DNA of 64,000 nt from positions 3,084 to 67,083 of the forward strand of contig JAAYIF010000039.1 in NCBI GenBank assembly GCA_012523575.1. The letters are read 5' to 3'. The notes under the pieces are model-generated. The model searched no databases and was not told the DNA's origin. It saw nothing but the letters and a program-made list of their open reading frames with translations. The DNA is from Clostridia bacterium. Its GTDB lineage: Bacteria; Bacillota; DTU086. Of this stretch, positions 38,461 through 47,362 are shown piece after piece; the first letter of the stretch is position 1; the number at the start of each line of letters is the position of its first letter. The position numbers and the translations under genes were made by a program.

Positions 38461-38922
38461 TTATCTTGGGGATACCCTTTCCGCAGCCCGACGAATTTTT
38501 TCAAATCTTTTGGGATCCCCCAGCACCTCTTTTACTCCCGGAGTGAGTGGATAATTCCGTACTTCATCTAAAGGAATATACCTGCAGTCCATAACGTCCC
38601 CCCCAGGGCGCGGTTCTTCATCACCCACAGGGTAAGCAAAAAAATCAAGGAGGACATAATGGAACCGTATAACTCCATTGTCATCCCTCACCAGGGTTTC
38701 AAAGATATCAAAGAGCTCCCCCACTTCCACTTTAATTCCGCACTCTTCCATAACTTCCCGGGCCACCCCTTCTTTAAGGCTTTCTCCCAATTCAAGGCAG
38801 CCTCCGGGAATTCCCCATAAGCCCTTGGAAGGGGGTTGTCCCCTTTGTACCAGGAGTATTGCCTGATCTTTGATAATAATTCCTCCAACCCCTACAATGG
38901 GATCCTTAGGATATTCCCGCAT
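38461..38922 (-). CDS. NUDIX hydrolase
   Basis: Nudix box GIPGGCLELGESLKEGVAREVMEECGI. Confidence 0.88.
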   Translation of the reverse strand: MREYPKDPIVGVGGIIIKDQAILLVQRGQPPSKGLWGIPGGCLELGESLKEGVAREVMEECGIKVEVGELFDIFETLVRDDNGVIRFHYVLLDFFAYPVGDEEPRPGGDVMDCRYIPLDEVRNYPLTPGVKEVLGDPKRFEKIRRAAERVSPR

Positions 38923-38950
38923 AGTCTAACCCCTTTCCCATATAAAAAAA

Positions 38951-39820
38951 TTAATTATGCGCTTTTAAACTATGGCTTTCAGCTACAACAACCTTATCTC
39001 CCCGTTTTTTAGCTGCCGTTGACGCTAGACTGGCCATATTTATGAGGTCTGCCACACTGTGGCTAATTCTATTTTCACGCCTTACGGCCCTGCGCCTTCC
39101 CCCGGCAAGTCCCGCGGAAGCTGTGATTTCAACGTCATATTCCCACTTTTCCCTTTCCAGGGCCAAAACCATATCCCAGGCAAGCTTGCTGGCCTCTTCA
39201 AAATTCCTTTCGGTAACCACGGCAAATTCATCCCCCGCATATCTGCAGAGATAATCCAGTTTCTTTTCTACCATTCTTTTAAAAACATGGGCAACTTTCT
39301 TCAAAATGGCATCGCCCACCACATGTCCCAATTTCTTGTCAATTTCCCCAAAATTATCTATATCTAAAAAAATAACGGCAATTTCCTTGCCCTGCTGAAC
39401 CAACTCATATGCTTTACGCTGGAGATACTCAGCCCTCATAAGTCCCGTAAGGGAATCTATATGCTTACCTAATTCCCAATACAGCGCCAATTTTGTAACA
39501 ATGCCCACGCAGCTGCCCCCATCAACCACCACCAAACGTTCAATTTTATGCCTCTCCATTTTTTCCTTAGCATCCCACAGGGAACAGTTCGAAGGAACGG
39601 TTATAACATTTTTTGTCATAACTTCTACAACCGGCAGGTCAGGAGCAACTCCTCTTATGTCCCTTGAAGTAATAATACCAACCAATTTTTCCCCTTCTAG
39701 CACGGGAAGGCTCCCAATTCTAAACTCAGCCATTAACGAAGCAGCTCTCCCAACGGTTTCCATGGGAAAAATGGTTATAAGATCCCGGGTCATAATTCTA
39801 CTAACCGCAACATTTTCCAC
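38951..39820 (-). CDS. CBS-pair + GGDEF domain protein (diguanylate cyclase-like; A-site reads AGDEF)
   Basis: Two CBS motifs at the N-terminus and a C-terminal GGDEF fold with RYAGDEFAV. Confidence 0.75.
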   Translation of the reverse strand: MENVAVSRIMTRDLITIFPMETVGRAASLMAEFRIGSLPVLEGEKLVGIITSRDIRGVAPDLPVVEVMTKNVITVPSNCSLWDAKEKMERHKIERLVVVDGGSCVGIVTKLALYWELGKHIDSLTGLMRAEYLQRKAYELVQQGKEIAVIFLDIDNFGEIDKKLGHVVGDAILKKVAHVFKRMVEKKLDYLCRYAGDEFAVVTERNFEEASKLAWDMVLALEREKWEYDVEITASAGLAGGRRRAVRRENRISHSVADLINMASLASTAAKKRGDKVVVAESHSLKAHN

Positions 39821-39876
39821 TTGTACCTACCCCCCGGGCGAAAATGGTTAATCATATAATCTCAAAAATTAAAAAA

Positions 39877-40365
39877 TTAAAGGGCGTCTTTCCAGTGATG
39901 GTCGGGATATCTGTATTCTTTAGAATCCTTCTTAATGGTGATGGCCGATATATAGTAAGCATAATCAAAATTTTTTTTCTTTTTAATGGCCCATGCAAAG
40001 GCCCTCCGGGTAATCAAAGCCCAAAAGACAAAAAAAAGGGTCAAAGTCACAACCAGCGCCGTCAGGGAAATAAAAAGCTTCCCCATACTCATATAACAAA
40101 TTGATACCGCTGCAGCTACCATCACACAGAAAAAGTACAGATAATAAAACTTTTTATCAAACTGCCTTAAAATATTTCTTGATTTATTCCTGGTCATGGC
40201 AACTTTAAGGTCGCCGTTTTTTATTTTTTGAAGAAGCCTATTAAAATCTTCCTCATCAGCGGCGCTTTTAAAAGCCCTAATTTCCTTTCTTTTTTCTTCC
40301 TGGGACATCATACCACCCCTTGGATAATATTCAAAAAATTTATAAAAAATACCTTCACATTTCAA
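39877..40365 (-). CDS. Hypothetical membrane protein (162 aa)
   Basis: Two predicted TM helices. No recognisable domain. Confidence 0.4.
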   Translation of the reverse strand: MKCEGIFYKFFEYYPRGGMMSQEEKRKEIRAFKSAADEEDFNRLLQKIKNGDLKVAMTRNKSRNILRQFDKKFYYLYFFCVMVAAAVSICYMSMGKLFISLTALVVTLTLFFVFWALITRRAFAWAIKKKKNFDYAYYISAITIKKDSKEYRYPDHHWKDAL

Positions 40366-40450
40366 TTAATTATCATTGCCCTCATAAAGAAAATCCATAA
40401 GTTTAAAAAGAGCTCCCCCAAAAAGTCTCTTCATTGGGAAATTATGGGGA

Positions 40451-41368
40451 TTATGTCCCTTCTTCCCTGGAAAATTTCATAAAGAAATAAACTCCTGTCA
40501 GTATGAGCATGCTTCCCACCAATTGGGCGGCACCGGGATATTCACCTAAAAAAATGGCAGCCAAAATGCTCGCCCCCACAGGTTCTCCCAAAACGCTCAC
40601 GGAAACCGTTGGAGCCGGAAGATATTTTAAAGCCCAGTTTAAAAGGGTATGTCCAACGGTTGTGGGGATCAACGCCATAGCCCAAAAGAGCAGCCAGTTA
40701 TACAGGGAATAAGGATAAAGCTTTACGCTGAAAATAAAATCCATCATAAAAAGAAACAGGCTGCAGAAACCGTAAACAATAAAAGTATACGCCACAAGGG
40801 AAAACCTCTGCCGCAAAGAACGCCCAATCAAAACATAAACGGCAATAAATAATGCGCCGCTTAAAGCGAGGAAATCCCCCCAGAGGGCACTTCCTCCAAT
40901 GGCAAAATCCCCTGCACCTATGATAATGCTCCCCACCACAGCCAGACTTCCCGCCGCAAGGGCCTTTTTCCCAACCCTTTCCTTAAGAACAAACACAGAG
41001 CCCAAAACAACAAAAATGGGCTGCAGGGTAACAAGCACCGTGGAACTGGCTACCGTGGTATATTCCAAAGACTTAATCCATGTGGCAAAATGAAAGGCCA
41101 GAAACATTCCCGCCGTTGAAGCCGCCAAAAAATCCTTTGCGCCAATGGATCTAAGCTCTTTTCTGCAGGTGGTAAGGGCAAAGGGAAGTAGTATAAGGGT
41201 TGCAAAGGCATTGCGGTAAGTAGCAATGATAAGGGCAGGGGCATCGGAAAGTTTTGCTAAAATGGAACCAAAGGATATCCCCACCACTGCAATTACAAGG
41301 GCAGCATAGGGATTTATCCTGGGATATTCAGCCGCTGTTGTTTTCGCTTTTGCCTGCTGCAATCCCAA
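40451..41368 (-). CDS. EamA/DMT family transporter
   Basis: 305 aa, 10 TM, duplicated EamA domains. Confidence 0.8.
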   Translation of the reverse strand: MGLQQAKAKTTAAEYPRINPYAALVIAVVGISFGSILAKLSDAPALIIATYRNAFATLILLPFALTTCRKELRSIGAKDFLAASTAGMFLAFHFATWIKSLEYTTVASSTVLVTLQPIFVVLGSVFVLKERVGKKALAAGSLAVVGSIIIGAGDFAIGGSALWGDFLALSGALFIAVYVLIGRSLRQRFSLVAYTFIVYGFCSLFLFMMDFIFSVKLYPYSLYNWLLFWAMALIPTTVGHTLLNWALKYLPAPTVSVSVLGEPVGASILAAIFLGEYPGAAQLVGSMLILTGVYFFMKFSREEGT

Positions 41369-41395
41369 TTCCCCCCAAATAAATGAAGCTTTCTT

Positions 41396-41609
41396 ACTAT
41401 AGACAAATCATCTCAGAAAGTTCCATGAAGTATCTGCTGCGGTTTGCGAAACGACTTAGGAACGCCAATTAAAACCGGGAAGCACGGGCAAGAACGCTCG
41501 CGCAAGCCTCAACCTGAGGCACGGACGCCGAATTAGGGGCGGCCCGGTTTTAATCGGCGTGAATTCGCAAGTAAAGAAAACCGCAGCAGATGCCCCTTGT
41601 CAACAAACC
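41396..41609 (+). repeat. Structured intergenic repeat, copy F (subtype I, divergent middle); core 41431-41592
   Basis: actatagacaaatcatc ... tatctgctgcggtttgcgaaacgacttaggaacgccaattaaaaccggg ... gcctcaacctgaggc ... gacgccgaattagggg ... cccggttttaatcggcg ... gaaaaccgcagcagatg ... ccccttgtcaacaaacc. Confidence 0.85.
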
Positions 41610-41619
41610 GGCTTTAATG

Positions 41620-42726
41620 TTATTTCTTCAGCTCCTTATATTCCGTGACGTTCCTGCTTCTATCCCTATGCCTCTCAAAGGCTAAATCAATAAGCCGGGT
41701 CAGCAGTTCACCGTAGGGCACCCCTGACGCTTCCCAAAGCTTTGGAAACATACTTATTTTTGTAAAACCAGGCATGGTGTTGATCTCATTTACATAAATC
41801 TCACCGGTATCCTTGGTTACAAAAAAATCCACCCTAGCCAATCCCGAACAGTCTACGGCTTTAAAGGCTTCCACAGCAAGACGGCGCACCCTTTCCCGTT
41901 GCTCCTCGCTTAAGGGAGCAGGAATTATCAATTCTGACTGGCCGCTTAAATATTTGGCTTCGTAGTCATAGAATTCCCCCGAGGGAATAATTTCACCGGG
42001 AACGGAACAGCGGGGATGATCATTGCCCATTACGCTGCACTCAATCTCCCGGGCCTCCACCCCCTGCTCCACCACAAGCTTGCGATCATATATGGCAGCT
42101 TCCTCCAGCGCTGCCGCAAGCTCCTCTCGGTTTTTAGCTTTAGAAACCCCAACACTGGAACCCAAATTGGCAGGCTTTACAAAACATGGATAGGGGATAT
42201 TCTCTTCTATACGGCTAATTACCCCATGGGGGTCCTCCTGAAACTCCCGTCTCATTACGGCCATATCCTTTACCACAGGCAAACCTGCGTGCCTGAAGAG
42301 CTTTTTCATTATCACCTTATCCATCCCTGCAGCCGAAGCCAAAACTCCGGCCCCCACATAGGGAATCCCTGCAAGATCCAGAAGCCCCTGAACGGTTCCG
42401 TCCTCCCCAAAGGTACCGTGGAGTACGGGGAAAACAACATCAAGGGGTTCTAAAGCCTTCCCATCAAGAGTAACAAAATTATTTTTTACAGGCTGGCATA
42501 ATATGGTTACAGGTTTTCCCTTATCAAAATCAATTTCCCCTTTTTTAAAAACATCTTCGGGGTCCTCCATAAGATACCACGTGCCTTCCTTGCTTATTGC
42601 AATGGCAACGGGCTCAAACTTATCCCTATCAAGGGCTTTATAAACGGAGCCCGCAGAAAGAATGGAAACCTCATGTTCTCCGGAACGTCCCCCGAACAAT
42701 ATCCCTACCCTAATCTTTTCAGCCAA
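41620..42726 (-). CDS. ddl: D-alanine--D-alanine ligase
   Basis: 368 aa with an ATP-grasp fold, starting MAEKIRVGILFGGRSGEHEVS. Confidence 0.92.
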   Translation of the reverse strand: MAEKIRVGILFGGRSGEHEVSILSAGSVYKALDRDKFEPVAIAISKEGTWYLMEDPEDVFKKGEIDFDKGKPVTILCQPVKNNFVTLDGKALEPLDVVFPVLHGTFGEDGTVQGLLDLAGIPYVGAGVLASAAGMDKVIMKKLFRHAGLPVVKDMAVMRREFQEDPHGVISRIEENIPYPCFVKPANLGSSVGVSKAKNREELAAALEEAAIYDRKLVVEQGVEAREIECSVMGNDHPRCSVPGEIIPSGEFYDYEAKYLSGQSELIIPAPLSEEQRERVRRLAVEAFKAVDCSGLARVDFFVTKDTGEIYVNEINTMPGFTKISMFPKLWEASGVPYGELLTRLIDLAFERHRDRSRNVTEYKELKK

Positions 42727-42870
42727 AAAAAAACCCTCCCCACAAGCTGCTGAATTCTCAAAAAAAAAGAAAAAGCAGACTCAATTTACTTTATTATAAT
42801 TTATATTTTAGCACTTATTCAAAAAACCTTCGCTTTTTTTAAAAGCTCAGCTGGAGTAGAAATCTTCTTA

Positions 42871-43087
42871 AACAAATCTTTATTAAGTCTCTGCTGTAGT
42901 TTGAGAAACGACTTAACGAACGCCGATTAAAACCGGGAGGCGCGAGCATGGACGCTCGCGCAAGCCCAGTCTCTCGCATGGACGCCGAATTGGGGCGGCC
43001 CAGTTTTAAGCGGAGTGAGTTTCAGGAGTAAGAAAACTACAGCAGAGACCCTATGGGATTTGCTAAGATAACCTGTCTACAGTCTGC
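42871..43087 (+). repeat. Structured intergenic repeat, copy G (subtype I); core 42888-43047
   Basis: tctctgctgtagtttgagaaacgacttaacgaacgccgattaaaaccggg ... ggcgcgagcatggacgctcgcgc ... gacgccgaattgggg ... gaaaactacagcagaga ... tgtctacagtctg. Compensatory gTag/cTac changes in the terminal stem. Confidence 0.88.
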
Positions 43088-43274
43088 TGCTTCTTCATAA
43101 ATAAAAATATTTTAAGAAAACAAAAAAAATCCTTTATTTATTCCAGAAATATTATAATATTGACCTTATTTGACCTATCTCTGGTAAGTATTATCCTTAT
43201 TGCGGTTTGACCATTTTTGACCATATAAATATGCTAAATATTGAAATAATAAAATTAAGAAAGGAGGACTCGCC

Positions 43275-43712
43275 GTGAGAGGCTTTAGAGGATTGGTTCC
43301 CTTTGGAAGAAGAGATCTCTTTGACTTTGATTGGGATGAGTTTTTCACCTTTCCTGCGGTGGGAACATTCTTCCCCATTGAAAGCCGTGGAATTAGAGTA
43401 GATGTTAAAGATCAAGGCAGCGATATTTTTGTCGAAGCCGAGCTGCCCGGCTTTGATAAGGATGAAATTGAAATTACGTTGAGGGATAATTATTTGACAA
43501 TACAGGCAGAAAGAAAACAAGAAGTGAACGAAGAAAAAGAAGGATTTATCCGGAAAGAAAGGAGTTACGGCAAACTTCAAAGAACTGTAACCATACCCTA
43601 TGAAATAAACCCTGATGCCGTCGAAGCCAAGTATCAAGCCGGAGTTCTAAAAATTAAACTGCCAAAGGTTGCAAGTAAACAAAGCGGCCGGAAAATAGAT
43701 ATTACTGATTAA
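43275..43712 (+). CDS. Hsp20/alpha-crystallin family small heat-shock protein (GTG start)
   Basis: 145 aa alpha-crystallin domain (DVKDQGSDIFVEAELPGFDKDEIEITL...AKYQAGVLKIKLPK). AAGGAGG lies 7 nt upstream of the GTG. Confidence 0.88.
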   Translation: MRGFRGLVPFGRRDLFDFDWDEFFTFPAVGTFFPIESRGIRVDVKDQGSDIFVEAELPGFDKDEIEITLRDNYLTIQAERKQEVNEEKEGFIRKERSYGKLQRTVTIPYEINPDAVEAKYQAGVLKIKLPKVASKQSGRKIDITD

Positions 43713-43725
43713 GCTGTAGATTTCT

Positions 43726-43759
43726 GGCCCTGCTTTCTATAAAGCAGGGTCTTTTTTTT
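43726..43759 (+). terminator. Rho-independent terminator of the hsp20 gene
   Basis: ccctgcttt-ctat-aaagcaggg followed by tcTTTTTTTT. Confidence 0.7.
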
Positions 43760-43800
43760 AAAAAAATACTTTATAATAGGTATAGAAGGGAGGCTAGCAT

Positions 43801-44067
43801 ATGATCGTTGACTGCAAATTAAGGGTAAGGGTGAAAAACGGAACTGTCTTTAAAAACAATCTTATTGAAAAAGGCTGGAAACAAATAAACGAAAATTGCT
43901 TCACAAAAACCTTCGGCACAGATACCCAGGCAGAAATTCATGAAAAAATTCTGCCCTTTTCAGGACAGATATACTACTCAGTTTACATAAAGGATCCAGA
44001 AACTTTGACCAAACATCTTTTGTACAGCATCGCCGATGAACTGGAGGAAATGGAACAAATATGCTAA
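43801..44067 (+). CDS. Hypothetical small protein (88 aa)
   Basis: Strong RBS GGGAGG 8 nt upstream. Followed by a bidirectional terminator. No recognisable domain. Confidence 0.5.
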   Translation: MIVDCKLRVRVKNGTVFKNNLIEKGWKQINENCFTKTFGTDTQAEIHEKILPFSGQIYYSVYIKDPETLTKHLLYSIADELEEMEQIC

Positions 44068-44102
44068 AAAGACCGGTGCCGCAACTGGCACCGGTCTTTT
44101 TA
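44066..44102. terminator. Bidirectional terminator between the small ORF (+) and the fbp gene (-)
   Basis: gaccggtgcc-gcaact-ggcaccggtc with an A-run on one side and a T-run on the other. Confidence 0.7.
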
Positions 44103-44117
44103 ACGTTTTTTAAGCAA

Positions 44118-45323
44118 TTATTCTTCTTTAGCAGCGGCTGCTTCGTCCTCTTCCTCATCAACGGGAACAAATCTTTCCTTCAGCTTTTCCATAACCAGAG
44201 GCATAGTTGTGTATTCCATTTCATCCAGGTTCAGCCTATGAGGTTCAAAGGGCCCAAGACGCCTCATATAATTGGCAATCTTATTAGCAGTTGCCCTGGC
44301 CTTATCATAGGCAGGATCCGCAAAGAAGTCCTGGGGCCCGATGAGCTTTCCTTGGGCTAACTGGAAGCCCAAAGCCACCACCCTTGGAGGTCCGTCAAAA
44401 CGGGTGGGATTGGACTGATCCACAGATACCGGCATTAAGGGACCGCTGTGGGAACCCCGCATCCATCCTGATACCAAATGGGGATTGGCGAAGGGTTCCA
44501 GAACCTCACCCACAGCGGGCAGACCGCTCTGGCATCGAACTATGCACACTGGGTCGTCCTTACCCACATATTTGCCCGCAAGGAAATTCAGTTTCTGGGT
44601 GCTGGATGTGGCCGCAATGTTTCCTTTTTTATCATACACGGATTTTATGCAGAACCTTCCCGGAGCACCCACAAACACCAGCATATCGTACATTTCTTCC
44701 GGAAGAGAAAAGAGGATCTTTTTGTTCTCGATGAGATCGATCACTTCAAACACAAACCCGTCATGCATTTTGGGGTCAATTACCAATCCGATGGTATTGA
44801 AGGGATCAGCGAACATTTTGTACAGGGGGAAGTTCCATGCACCAGGTTCAGTTTTATCCGCCATAAAAACGATAACGGGTTCGCTGGGTCTTTCCTCAAA
44901 TTCCATTTCCGCCACGCCGGGGCCCATACCTTTAACATTTCCGGAAAAAGCGTCGGACAAGAGATCCTGCCCCGCTCCGTACAGCTTCATTTCCTTGGCG
45001 ATTTTTGTACACTCCAGGAATGTATCAAAGGCCAGTTTATGTATTTTTTCATTATCCGTTCCCAGCCGGTGGGTCATAATTAAATTGAGGTCATCCCCCA
45101 CATGGGTTACGTGAAAATCGACTAAATCTTTACTCTGGCTTAAACATTCCTCGGCCTTTTCAAGAAGCCTGGGATGGACGCTGGAATGACCAACCCACCC
45201 CCCTATATCGGCTTTGATAACGCTTAATGTGATCCTTTCACCCACCTCAAGCCCCTCCTTTGACTTTATTAAAACTCTTTTAAGTACAGCATTTCCTGGC
45301 AGGAATTCCTGCCTAAAAAACAA
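44118..45323 (-). CDS. fbp: Fructose-1,6-bisphosphate aldolase/phosphatase (class V FBPase, archaeal type)
   Basis: 401 aa. N-terminal ITLSVIKADIGGWVGHSSVHPRL matches the FBP aldolase/phosphatase family signature. Confidence 0.8.
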   Translation of the reverse strand: MFFRQEFLPGNAVLKRVLIKSKEGLEVGERITLSVIKADIGGWVGHSSVHPRLLEKAEECLSQSKDLVDFHVTHVGDDLNLIMTHRLGTDNEKIHKLAFDTFLECTKIAKEMKLYGAGQDLLSDAFSGNVKGMGPGVAEMEFEERPSEPVIVFMADKTEPGAWNFPLYKMFADPFNTIGLVIDPKMHDGFVFEVIDLIENKKILFSLPEEMYDMLVFVGAPGRFCIKSVYDKKGNIAATSSTQKLNFLAGKYVGKDDPVCIVRCQSGLPAVGEVLEPFANPHLVSGWMRGSHSGPLMPVSVDQSNPTRFDGPPRVVALGFQLAQGKLIGPQDFFADPAYDKARATANKIANYMRRLGPFEPHRLNLDEMEYTTMPLVMEKLKERFVPVDEEEDEAAAAKEE

Positions 45324-45406
45324 ACAGCTACTTTAATATATATAGTGTAACATACCTGATATTACTTCGTTGCATATTATGCGAATTCCTTTTATTTACT
45401 AAAAAA

Positions 45407-46099
45407 TCACTCTGCCTTACCCCCTTTAACAGGCTGGATAATTTCCGGAAAGTTGTTGGTAGGGGAATTCACCAGCGTTGATACTTCGTAGTAAAAGAGT
45501 TCCCCTTCATAGGGTTTTAAGATTTCCTTCAAAGTTTCTGCCTCCGCACCGGGATCAAGCCATTTTCCCCATATTTTTTCATCAACCATCATGACGGGCA
45601 TTCTGGGGTGAATTTCCCTTATCGACGCAGCGGCATCTGTGGTAATGATAGTAAAGGAATAAAGCTCCTCTTTTTCATTCTCGGGATTTATCCACTTCTC
45701 CCATAAGCCTGCAAAGGCAAAGGGGTTCCCGGTGGGAAGCATAATCCTGAAGGGTGTTTTTGTCCCGTTGTTTTTTCTCCATTCATAAAATCCGTCCGCC
45801 GGCACAAGGCATCTTCTTTTGGAGAAAGCATCCCTAAAAGCCGGTTTTTTATCCACGGTTTCTCCCCTTGCATTGATCAACCGATAACCCAGTTTTTTGT
45901 TTTCCGCCCAGCGGGGTACAAGGCCCCACCGCATTTTCCTGACGGAGATTTCATTTTCTCCGGGCATACGGTATATCACCGGCACTTCCTGTCCCGGAGC
46001 AATATTATAATTGGGGTTGTAATCAAACCGCTCCAGGGTATAATTAAAATTCCTTTTAAACTCCTCCCTGTCAATGGTAAGGGTAAAACGCCCGCACAT
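45407..46099 (-). CDS. SOS response-associated peptidase (SRAP/YedK; abasic-site DNA-protein crosslink forming)
   Basis: Starts MCGRF (Cys2 nucleophile) and has the conserved NARGET...FAFAGLW core. Confidence 0.85.
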   Translation of the reverse strand: MCGRFTLTIDREEFKRNFNYTLERFDYNPNYNIAPGQEVPVIYRMPGENEISVRKMRWGLVPRWAENKKLGYRLINARGETVDKKPAFRDAFSKRRCLVPADGFYEWRKNNGTKTPFRIMLPTGNPFAFAGLWEKWINPENEKEELYSFTIITTDAAASIREIHPRMPVMMVDEKIWGKWLDPGAEAETLKEILKPYEGELFYYEVSTLVNSPTNNFPEIIQPVKGGKAE

Positions 46100-46210
46100 T
46101 TTGCTCCCCCCTGCACATGAATTCTTATCCTTTTTAAAACACCCAGGGTTATTATTTGCAACGGAATAAAATTTCCGCTAACATAATTTACAAAAAAACA
46201 AAAGGAGGAT

Positions 46211-46762
46211 TTGCCTATGTACTGGGAAAGTAAAGGACCGGAATATACCGATAAAACTGTTGAAATGGCTGTCAAAAGGGCCAGGGAACTGGGCATCGGC
46301 CATATCGTTGTGGCCTCCCACACGGGTAAAACTGCAGAAAAATTTATAGGCTGCGGCATGCATGTGGTATGCGTGGGGCACCATGTGGGTTTCAGAGGTC
46401 CCGGTGTTAATGAGTTCCCGGAAGATATGAAGAAAAAGCTGGAAAGTGCAGGTATTGACGTGCTCATAACCACCCACTTAATGGCAGGCCTCGATAGGTG
46501 CTTGCGCTTCAAATTTCAGGGCATCTATCCTGCGGAAATAATAGCCAATACCCTTCGAATGTTCGGCCAGGGAGTAAAGGTGTGCATTGAAATTGCAGGA
46601 ATGGCACTGGACGCGGGGCTCATACCTTACGGTGAAGACATTGTTGCCGTGGGAGGAAGCGGAAAGGGAGCAGACAGCGCGCTGGTACTTCGCCCTGCCC
46701 ATTCAAATAATTTCCTTGACACCAAAATCAGGGAAATTATATGCAAGCCCCGGGACTTTTAA
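46211..46762 (+). CDS. Pyruvate kinase alpha/beta (C-terminal-like) domain protein
   Basis: 183 aa with similarity to PK_C-like stand-alone proteins (GHIVVASHTGKTA...IVAVGGSGKGADSALV). Confidence 0.6.
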   Translation: MPMYWESKGPEYTDKTVEMAVKRARELGIGHIVVASHTGKTAEKFIGCGMHVVCVGHHVGFRGPGVNEFPEDMKKKLESAGIDVLITTHLMAGLDRCLRFKFQGIYPAEIIANTLRMFGQGVKVCIEIAGMALDAGLIPYGEDIVAVGGSGKGADSALVLRPAHSNNFLDTKIREIICKPRDF

Positions 46763-47339
46763 TCCTTTCAAACCCCATGTCAAAGGCCCTGATATTGGTT
46801 TCAACCGTTTTTGGAGGAACCGTTTGCTCAATAACTTCATGCCAAAGTTCCTGCTCAAAACCCAGCTTTGCAGCCAATGCCCCCAAAAGAACCATATTTG
46901 CCGCTTTGGGGTTCCCCGCCTCAACTGCAATTTTCAAAGCATCAAGGGCCAAAGTATCAGATACTTTACTTTGAATGTTTTCCAGTATGTCAGAAGGATA
47001 TTCCCCCTTCCCTATGAGGACGGGGAGGGGGTATATTTCCTGATCATTAATGATCATTGTTCCCCCTGGACGCAGATAGTGCAGCCAGCGGAGGGCTTCC
47101 AGCTTCTCAAAGGCTAATATTACATCGGCTTTCCCCACTTCTATTGTAGGAGAGTAAACTTTCCTGCCGAAGCGCACATGGGTTACCACGCTTCCGCCCC
47201 TCTGGGCCATGCCGTGTATTTCTGAAACCTTAACCTCCAGACCCATTTTCAGGGCAGCGTTGCCTATAATGCGGCCGGCCAGTATGATTCCCTGACCGCC
47301 CACTCCAACCATCAGAACATTTTCTCCCGAAATCCCCAT
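46737..47339 (-). CDS. iorB: Indolepyruvate/arylpyruvate:ferredoxin oxidoreductase subunit beta
   Basis: 200 aa POR-gamma-like domain (VLMVGVGGQGIILAGRIIG...HGMAQRGGSV). Confidence 0.85.
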   Translation of the reverse strand: MGISGENVLMVGVGGQGIILAGRIIGNAALKMGLEVKVSEIHGMAQRGGSVVTHVRFGRKVYSPTIEVGKADVILAFEKLEALRWLHYLRPGGTMIINDQEIYPLPVLIGKGEYPSDILENIQSKVSDTLALDALKIAVEAGNPKAANMVLLGALAAKLGFEQELWHEVIEQTVPPKTVETNIRAFDMGFERIKSPGACI

Positions 47340-47362
47340 CTAAATCACCCTACACTTAAATT

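Noticed and set aside
42812-42840. CIRCE/HrcA operator upstream of hsp20 (TTAGCACT half-site)
   Set aside because: Only one half-site is present. The inverted partner GAGTGCTAA is absent.
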